From an uncultured Gammaproteobacteria bacterium (GTDB taxonomy: Bacteria > Patescibacteriota > Patescibacteriia > UBA2591 > UBA6264), in the NCBI GenBank assembly GCA_964617525.1, contig CAZTWG010000003.1, forward strand, positions 1 to 16,391: DNA of 16,391 nucleotides, written 5' to 3'. The stretch's first letter is position 1. Every line of letters starts with the position of its first letter. Shown piece by piece: positions 6,003-12,277 of the stretch. A program made the position numbers and the translations under genes. The notes under the pieces were generated by a model. The model was not told where the DNA came from. It made no database searches and saw only the letters and a list, made by a program, of their open reading frames with translations.

Positions 6003-7560
6003 AAATTATCCATTTTTGTCCATAAAGGCTCGTGGGCAGGAAATAATTGAGGCTCATTTAACTAAAAGGAATTTTTATCCTAAAACTTTTTTCATTAAAA
6101 AAAAGAATTTTTCAATTTTAGGATATATTGAACCTAAATTATATTCTGATTTAAAAAATTGTTTAATTAGTGAAAAAAAGATTAATCAATTTGTGTCCAA
6201 GATTAAAAGAGCAGGGGATAAAGAATTTTTATTAATCATCTTAAAGGAAAAACCATTTGAAATTAAGGTTTACAGAGATATCTTCTGCACTCTTCCAGTT
6301 TTCTATATGCAAAAGGATGATTTTTTCTTTTTATCAAATGAGTTTACAGAAATTTTTTCCTATTTATCAAAAGACAAGAAGATTGATATAGACTTTAAAC
6401 GTTTAGCTGAACGGCTTTTATTCAAGGGCGGTTTATCAGATAAAACTATTTTTTCTGAAATTAAAATTTTAACAGAAAGAAGTGTTTTAACTGGAAGTAA
6501 TAAAGGGATTAAAATAAAATATCCTATTTCTAATTTAATTTCAACTAAACCTTTAAAATTAAAAAATTCTTTAAACTCCTTTACTAAAATATTAGAAAAA
6601 ACTTTAGACAATTATTGGTCTAAATTTAAACAGAAAGAATATGTTGGTTTTGAGATTAGTGGAGGAGTGGATTCAGTTACTCCTATAAAATTTTGTAGTC
6701 AGACTAGCAAAAAGAAACTAAAGGGTTTCTCTATGGTCTTTGAAGGTGAATTAGGAGCAGGGCAGAAGAAAAAATTGAGAGAGATAGCAAAATTTTCTGA
6801 CATAGGGGTTGATTTTACTCCCATCGTCAATTTATGGCCATTAAAGAGTCAAACTAAATCTAAAAAACTTAAATCATTTTATTTGGGACGAGAAATCTAT
6901 TTTGAGGCTCTTGATAAAATGGCTCAAAAAGCTCAAAATCAAGGTATAAAAATTATCATCACTGGAACGGGAGGGGATGAGGCTTTCGCGATTGACCCTC
7001 GTGAAAAGGTAGGTTTCCAGGGCTCTCAAGAAAAAAAGTTTAGAGAATCATTTATTATTTCTTCTATTTTTACAGATAAAATACGACAGGGTTTTTTATC
7101 TCTAGATGAAGATGTTATGCCAATACCAATGGTTCCTTATTCAGTCTTAGATTCTAATTTAGCTCGCAATAATATATATATTCGGCATAATATTTGGCCA
7201 GTTGCCCCATTAGCTCATCCTAGATTTATTAAATTTTGTCGGCGTTTATCTAAAAATAAAAAAGAGAAGAAAAAAATATTAAGAGATTATTTAAAAAAAT
7301 TAGGTTATTCAGAAGAAATATATAATCCTAAGAGTAATGAGAACTTTGCTAGTTTTTTCGAAAACACCATTTGTAGAAAAGAAATCAAAGATTTGTTTAT
7401 AAGATTAATTTCCAATTCTCAATTATCTAAACTCGGCATTATTGATAAAAAGGAATTTATAAAGATTTATTCAGAATACCGACGAAACAAGGGTAAAATA
7501 AATCCTTTATATTTTTATACAATTGTTACAACGGAAATTCTTTTACAAAGTTGCAATTAA
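5992..7560 (+). CDS. Asparagine synthetase B-fold / lasso-peptide-cyclase-like ATP-dependent enzyme lacking the N-terminal Cys nucleophile
   Basis: The PP-loop SGGVDS lies at 6658-6675 and TGTGGDEAFA at 6961-6990, matching the Asn-synthase domain pattern. The N-terminal domain segment FLLIILKEKPFEIKVYRDIFCTLPVFYMQKDDFFFLSNEFTEI resembles the RD..G..PL[FY]Y...F.SE pattern of AsnB and lasso cyclases. Residue 2 is Lys with either start (ATG 5992 preceded by AAGGA 7 nt upstream, or ORF-track ATG 5971). Confidence 0.85.
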   Translation: MKIKNYPFLSIKARGQEIIEAHLTKRNFYPKTFFIKKKNFSILGYIEPKLYSDLKNCLISEKKINQFVSKIKRAGDKEFLLIILKEKPFEIKVYRDIFCTLPVFYMQKDDFFFLSNEFTEIFSYLSKDKKIDIDFKRLAERLLFKGGLSDKTIFSEIKILTERSVLTGSNKGIKIKYPISNLISTKPLKLKNSLNSFTKILEKTLDNYWSKFKQKEYVGFEISGGVDSVTPIKFCSQTSKKKLKGFSMVFEGELGAGQKKKLREIAKFSDIGVDFTPIVNLWPLKSQTKSKKLKSFYLGREIYFEALDKMAQKAQNQGIKIIITGTGGDEAFAIDPREKVGFQGSQEKKFRESFIISSIFTDKIRQGFLSLDEDVMPIPMVPYSVLDSNLARNNIYIRHNIWPVAPLAHPRFIKFCRRLSKNKKEKKKILRDYLKKLGYSEEIYNPKSNENFASFFENTICRKEIKDLFIRLISNSQLSKLGIIDKKEFIKIYSEYRRNKGKINPLYFYTIVTTEILLQSCN

Positions 7561-7564
7561 AAAT

Positions 7565-8872
7565 ATGTTTATTAAAAAAATATTAAAAAAAATAATTCCT
7601 AAAGTTTGTTGGCAATTTTACCACAGGGCTTTAGCTTATCTCTCAGCTTTTGTTTATCATTATCCAAGCCGCAAAATGATTGTTATCGGCGTCACTGGCA
7701 CGGCAGGCAAGTCTACGGTTGCTAATTTAATTTATCAGATTTTAGAGAAAGCGGGATATAGAGTAGGACTAACTACTACATTTAATTTTAAAATTGCAGG
7801 GAAAGAGTTTGTTAATAAGAAAAAAATGACTATGTTGGGTCGTTTTTCTTTGCAAAAAATTTTAAAAAAAATGCTTAAGGATAAGTGTGAATATGCCATA
7901 ATAGAAACAACTTCTCAAGGGATTGAGCAATATAGGCATTTGGGCATTAATTATGATATTGGTATTTTTACAAATTTATCTCCAGAGCACATTGAATCAC
8001 ATGGAAGTTTTGAAAAATATCGTGGAGCAAAACAAAAACTTTTTGAGCATATAAGCAAAAGTCGTCATAAGACAATAAAAGGCAGAGTTATTCCTAAAAT
8101 CAATATTGTTAATTTAGATGATAATAATAGTTCCTATTTTTTGGGTTTTAAATTTGATAAAGAATATGGATATACTGTCAAAGGTTTAGTAAAACAAAAA
8201 GAGCATGATTTAAGTATTGTTAAAGCAGAAAATATTAAGATGATGGATTGTGGCGCAGAATTCACAATTCAAAATGTTAATTTTAAAATTAATCTAAAAG
8301 CAGAGTTTAATATTCTTAATAGCTTAAGCGCCATTTGCCTTGCTTTGTCTCAAGGGATAGATTTAAATATTTGCAAACAAGCTTTATCTGAGGTCAAAAC
8401 AATGCCCGGACGAATGGAGGTTATAGCTAAGAGTCCTTTTCAAGTTATTGTTGATTATGCTCATACACCAGATTCTTTAGAAAAAGTATATCAAAACCTT
8501 GGGCAAAAGAAAAAATTAATTTGCGTTCTTGGTTCAGCTGGCGGGGGCAGAGACAAACAAAAAAGACCTCTTTTGGGAGCTTTGGCAGAAAAATATTGTG
8601 ATGAAATTATTATTACTAATGAAGATCCTTATAACGAAGACCCAAATGAAATTATTAATCAAATAGCATCTGGTATTAGAAACAAGCAGTTTCGGAAAAT
8701 TATTGATAGAAAAGAGGCAATTAAAAAAGCTTTAAATATAGCGCAAAAGGAGAGTATCGTAATTATTACAGGGAAGGGATGTGAACCATGGATTATGGGT
8801 CCAAACGGACAAAAAATTGCTTGGGACGATAGAAGTATAGTTAAAGAGTTGCTCGCGGTCCCGAAGCTTTAG
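7565..8872 (+). CDS. murE: Mur ligase family protein, MurE-type (UDP-MurNAc-tripeptide synthetase-like), lacking the usual N-terminal domain
   Basis: MurE-type motifs are present: P-loop IGVTGTAGKST, ETTSQGIEQYRH, FTNLSPEHIESHGSFEKYRGAKQKLF, DYAHTPDSLEKVY, GSAGGGRDKQKRP, TNEDPYNEDP and ITGKGCE. Only about 45 residues precede the P-loop. ATG 7565, 4 nt after the upstream stop, is preferred over ORF-track ATG 7523, which overlaps the upstream gene. The symbol is tentative. Confidence 0.8.
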   Translation: MFIKKILKKIIPKVCWQFYHRALAYLSAFVYHYPSRKMIVIGVTGTAGKSTVANLIYQILEKAGYRVGLTTTFNFKIAGKEFVNKKKMTMLGRFSLQKILKKMLKDKCEYAIIETTSQGIEQYRHLGINYDIGIFTNLSPEHIESHGSFEKYRGAKQKLFEHISKSRHKTIKGRVIPKINIVNLDDNNSSYFLGFKFDKEYGYTVKGLVKQKEHDLSIVKAENIKMMDCGAEFTIQNVNFKINLKAEFNILNSLSAICLALSQGIDLNICKQALSEVKTMPGRMEVIAKSPFQVIVDYAHTPDSLEKVYQNLGQKKKLICVLGSAGGGRDKQKRPLLGALAEKYCDEIIITNEDPYNEDPNEIINQIASGIRNKQFRKIIDRKEAIKKALNIAQKESIVIITGKGCEPWIMGPNGQKIAWDDRSIVKELLAVPKL

Positions 8873-8881
8873 CAAATGGTT

Positions 8882-8901
8882 GGGGATAACTTGTGGATAA
8901 T
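8882..8901 (+). promoter_or_regulatory. Two direct DnaA-box-like 9-mers 11 bp apart: TGGGGATAA (8882-8890) and TGTGGATAA (8893-8901)
   Basis: The reverse complement of 8893-8901 is TTATCCACA, the perfect DnaA-box consensus. The reverse complement of 8882-8890 is TTATCCCCA, with one mismatch. They lie just upstream of the rpoB promoter -35 hexamer. Function is unknown. Confidence 0.3.
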
Positions 8902-8916
8902 TTGGCTGAAAATGTT

Positions 8917-8945
8917 TGACAAATTTATATTTTTCAGTTAAAATT
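8917..8945 (+). promoter_or_regulatory. Sigma-70-type promoter for rpoBC: TTGACA (8917-8922), 17 nt, TAAAAT (8940-8945)
   Basis: The -35 is perfect, the spacing is optimal and the -10 matches 5 of 6 positions. This predicts a leader of about 140 nt before ATG 9093. Confidence 0.55.
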
Positions 8946-9050
8946 CATATTAATAAAAACAATTTCTTTTATAATTGTTTTTTTTATTAGAGCTATTTAA
9001 TTTTTTTTATCTTGTTTGTAAATTTGATTCAACTCTAAAATAATAATAAG

Positions 9051-9077
9051 CTCTCAGACTTCTCTGAGGGAATTTTT
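9051..9077 (+). promoter_or_regulatory. Leader hairpin with T-run just upstream of the rpoB start (attenuator-like or translational element)
   Basis: CTCTCAGA-CTTC-TCTGAGGG forms an 8-bp stem (one G:U) with a 4-nt loop at 9051-9070. AATTTTT follows, and ATG 9093 is 16 nt beyond that. It is the only GC-containing structure in an otherwise AT-rich leader. The T-run is separated from the stem by AA, so it is not a canonical terminator. Confidence 0.3.
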
Positions 9078-9092
9078 AGTGTCTTTTGCCAT

Positions 9093-12000
9093 ATGTTTTT
9101 TCAAAAACGTAAATATTTCTCAAAAGCTACCATTAATTCTAATGCTACTCTACCAGATTTGACCAAAAACCAAAAAATATCATATGATTGGTTTTTAAAT
9201 CAAGGAATGGAAGAATTAATAAAAGAGTTTTCGCCGATAAAGGATTTAATTGGTAATAATTTTGAATTACATTTTTTAAGCTGTTCTTTGGGTAGCCCAA
9301 AGTTTGATCAAATTATTAGTAAAAATAGAAACTTAACATATGAAGCACCTTTAACAGTAAAGGTGCGTTTAGTTAACAAAAAAACAGGCAACAAAAAAGA
9401 ACAAGATGTTTACTTCGGTGACATTCCTTTAATGACTGATAAAGGGACTTTAATTATTAACGGGATTGAAAGAGTTATTATCCAACAATTAATTAGGTCG
9501 CCCGGTATTATCTTTTCCCGCACTCGCCTTAAGGGTAAATTTTGCTATAGCGCTAAAGTTATCCCAGATAGAGGAGCTTGGCTTGAGTTTGAGACTGACC
9601 CCAAGGGAATAATTTGGGTTAGAATTGACCGTCAGAGAAAAATACCTGCCACTGCTATTTTGAGAGTATTTGGTTATGGCTCGGATACGGAGATTATGGA
9701 TTTATTCAAAAGGGATAAAGAAATCATGAATAGCAAATATATCCAAAATACTTTAGAAAAAGACCCTTCAGCTTCAGAGGATGAAGGGCTAATTGAAGTT
9801 TATCGTAAGGTTAGACCAGGAGATTTAGCGACAGTTGATAACGCTAGATCTTTAATATATGCTATGTTTTTTAACTATAGTCGTTATGATCTTAGTAAGG
9901 TGGGAAGGTATAAATTGAATCAGCGTCTTCATTTAGACCCTAAAATAACTAAACGAACTATTAGGCCAGAAGACATTAAGGCTATTGTGGCTGAATTAAT
10001 TAGACTTAATGTTAGACAAACTCCTGCAGATGATATTGACCATTTATCTAATCGCAGGGTAAGGGCTATTGGAGAATTGGTGCAAAACAGAATGAGGGTA
10101 GGAATGCTAAGAGTGCAAAGAATTGTTCGTGACAGAATGGGTCTTATTGAATCAAAAAAATATGGACCAGCGCAATTAATAAATATTAAGCCAATTGTGG
10201 GAGTAATTAGAGAATTTTTTATGTCTTCTCAGCTTTCTCAATTTATGGACCAAACTAATATACTTTCAGAGCTAGAACACAAAAGAAGGTTAACTGTTGT
10301 TGGCCCGGGTGGATTGTCTAGGGATAGAGCTGGGTTTGAAGTACGTGATGTGCACAGAACTTACTATGGTAAGATTTGTCCTATTGCCACTCCTGAAGGA
10401 CCAAATGTTGGTTTAGTTAACTATTTAGCCTGTTATTCTCGTTTGAATGAATACGGTTTTATTGAAACTCCATACTATAAGGTAGTTAAAGGAAAGATAA
10501 CAAAAGAAATTGTCTTTTTAAATGCTTTTGAAGAAGAAGAACATATTTTAATGCCTTTTACTTCTGCTATTGATAAAAATAATAAGATTATTGACAAGAT
10601 TGTAGAAGCGCGAATTTATGGTGAACCTAGTTCTTGCAGGGTAGAGGAAGTAGAATTTGCTGACATTGCCTCTAATCAAATTGTTAGTGTGGCAACTTCA
10701 CTTATTCCTTTTTTAGAACATGATGACGGGGTTAGAGCTTTGATGGGTAGTAATATGCAACGTCAGGCTGTTCCTTTGATTAGACCAGATGCTCCTTTGG
10801 TTGGGACTGGCATTGAAGCTAGAGCAGCTAGAGATTCTGGTCATTTACTTGAAGCCCCTGAAGACGGAAAAGTAATGGAGGTTGACGCCGCCCATATCGT
10901 CTTACGCTATAAATCAGGTCGTACCCAAAAATATGACCTAGAAAAATACGACCGTTCTAATTTTAATACTTGTTTTGACCAACGACCAGTGGTTTCCAGA
11001 GGCGAAAATTTTAAAGCTGGAGATGTTTTGGTTGAGGGAGCTTCAATGGAAAATGGAGAATTAGCTCTTGGGCATAATGTCCTTTGCGCTTTTATGTCTT
11101 GGGAGGGCGGTAATTTTGAAGATGCCATTCTATTGTCTTCTCGTTTAGCTCAAAAAGACAAATTTACATCTTTACATATTGATGAACATACGATTGATAT
11201 TCGTGAAACAAAATTTGGCCCAGAAATAACAACTCGTGACATTCCTAATGTAAGCGAAGCAAAGTTAAAAGATTTAGACGAAGATGGAATTGTTAGAATG
11301 GGAGCAGAGGTAAAATCAGGAGATATCTTGGTTGGGAAAATTACTCCTAGGGGTGAAGCTGAATTAACGGCCGAAGAAAAACTTTTAAAAGCAATTTTTG
11401 GTGAAAAAGCTCAGGATATTCGTGACTCTTCTCTTTATCTCGAACATGGCGAGCATGGGAAAGTAATTGGAATCAAAATATTTTCTAGAGAAAATGGAGA
11501 TAAATTACAACCTGGCGTAATTAAATCTATTCAGGTTTTGGTCGCTGATTTAAGAAAGATACAAATTGGAGATAAAATGTCTGGTCGTCATGGAAATAAA
11601 GGAGTAGTATCTAAAATTGTTCCTCAGGAAGATATGCCTTATCTGGAGGATGGTCAAGTGGTGGATATTATTCTTAATCCTTTGGGAGTTGTTTCTCGTA
11701 TGAATATTGGGCAGGTTTTAGAAACTCATTTGGGTCTAGCTGCTAAAAAACTAAATTATAAAGTAGCTACTCCTGTTTTAAACGGAGTTACGGAAGAAGA
11801 AATTAGTAAAGAGTTAGTTAAAGCTGGTTATTCTCCTGACGGGAAAATGTATCTCTATGACGGGAAAACTGGGAAGAGATTTGAAAACAGAACTACGGTT
11901 GGCTATATCTACGCTATAAAATTAAATCATTTAGTAGAGGATAAAATTCATCAACGCTCCATTGGTCCTTATTCTCTTATTACCCAACAGCCATTAGGAG

Positions 12001-12263
12001 GAAAAGCTCAGTTTGGCGGACAAAGATTTGGAGAGATGGAAGTTTGGGCATTAGAAGGGTATGGTGCTGCTTATACTTTACAAGAAATGTTGACTATCAA
12101 GTCTGATGATGTAGTTGGGCGCACAAAAGCGTATGAATCGATTATTAAAGGGGAAGCAGTAAAAGAAATTAATGTCCCTGAATCATTTAATGTTTTAGTG
12201 CGAGAGTTGAAAGGTCTTTGTTTGAACATTGATATGCTTAAAGACGGAATAAAGATAAAATAA
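9093..12263 (+). CDS. rpoB: DNA-directed RNA polymerase subunit beta (compact, 1056 aa)
   Basis: Conserved blocks are present: GDIPLMTDKGTLIINGIERVIIQQLIRSPG, FMDQTNILSELEHKRRLT, RDVHRTYYGKICPIATPEGPNVGL, NMQRQAVPL, SGRHGNKGVVSKI and GGQRFGEMEVWALEGYGAAYTLQE. Confidence 0.98.
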   Translation: MFFQKRKYFSKATINSNATLPDLTKNQKISYDWFLNQGMEELIKEFSPIKDLIGNNFELHFLSCSLGSPKFDQIISKNRNLTYEAPLTVKVRLVNKKTGNKKEQDVYFGDIPLMTDKGTLIINGIERVIIQQLIRSPGIIFSRTRLKGKFCYSAKVIPDRGAWLEFETDPKGIIWVRIDRQRKIPATAILRVFGYGSDTEIMDLFKRDKEIMNSKYIQNTLEKDPSASEDEGLIEVYRKVRPGDLATVDNARSLIYAMFFNYSRYDLSKVGRYKLNQRLHLDPKITKRTIRPEDIKAIVAELIRLNVRQTPADDIDHLSNRRVRAIGELVQNRMRVGMLRVQRIVRDRMGLIESKKYGPAQLINIKPIVGVIREFFMSSQLSQFMDQTNILSELEHKRRLTVVGPGGLSRDRAGFEVRDVHRTYYGKICPIATPEGPNVGLVNYLACYSRLNEYGFIETPYYKVVKGKITKEIVFLNAFEEEEHILMPFTSAIDKNNKIIDKIVEARIYGEPSSCRVEEVEFADIASNQIVSVATSLIPFLEHDDGVRALMGSNMQRQAVPLIRPDAPLVGTGIEARAARDSGHLLEAPEDGKVMEVDAAHIVLRYKSGRTQKYDLEKYDRSNFNTCFDQRPVVSRGENFKAGDVLVEGASMENGELALGHNVLCAFMSWEGGNFEDAILLSSRLAQKDKFTSLHIDEHTIDIRETKFGPEITTRDIPNVSEAKLKDLDEDGIVRMGAEVKSGDILVGKITPRGEAELTAEEKLLKAIFGEKAQDIRDSSLYLEHGEHGKVIGIKIFSRENGDKLQPGVIKSIQVLVADLRKIQIGDKMSGRHGNKGVVSKIVPQEDMPYLEDGQVVDIILNPLGVVSRMNIGQVLETHLGLAAKKLNYKVATPVLNGVTEEEISKELVKAGYSPDGKMYLYDGKTGKRFENRTTVGYIYAIKLNHLVEDKIHQRSIGPYSLITQQPLGGKAQFGGQRFGEMEVWALEGYGAAYTLQEMLTIKSDDVVGRTKAYESIIKGEAVKEINVPESFNVLVRELKGLCLNIDMLKDGIKIK

Positions 12264-12277
12264 AATCAATTTAATTT

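Noticed and set aside
6360-6611. 83-aa minus-strand ORF
   Set aside because: It is antisense within the AsnB-like gene, so it is a shadow ORF.
5841-7560. A classical lasso-peptide biosynthetic cluster
   Set aside because: The window has no B-type (transglutaminase-like) leader peptidase, no PqqD-like RRE and no ABC exporter. The peptide also lacks the Thr at -2 and the YxxP leader motifs. Only the cyclase-like fold and the gene order resemble lasso clusters.
8956-8986. Hairpin AAAAACAATT-tcttttat-AATTGTTTTT followed by T-run in the rpoB leader
   Set aside because: The stem is almost entirely A:T with a single C:G pair, so it would be very unstable. It is likely a by-product of AT-rich sequence.
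8873-9092. Chromosomal replication origin (DnaA boxes plus an AT-rich stretch)
   Set aside because: There are only two box-like sites, no dnaA or dnaN nearby, and the AT-rich stretch is explained by a promoter and leader in an AT-rich genome. The evidence is insufficient to call oriC.
10907-11128. 73-aa minus-strand ORF
   Set aside because: It is antisense within the highly conserved rpoB, so it is a shadow ORF.
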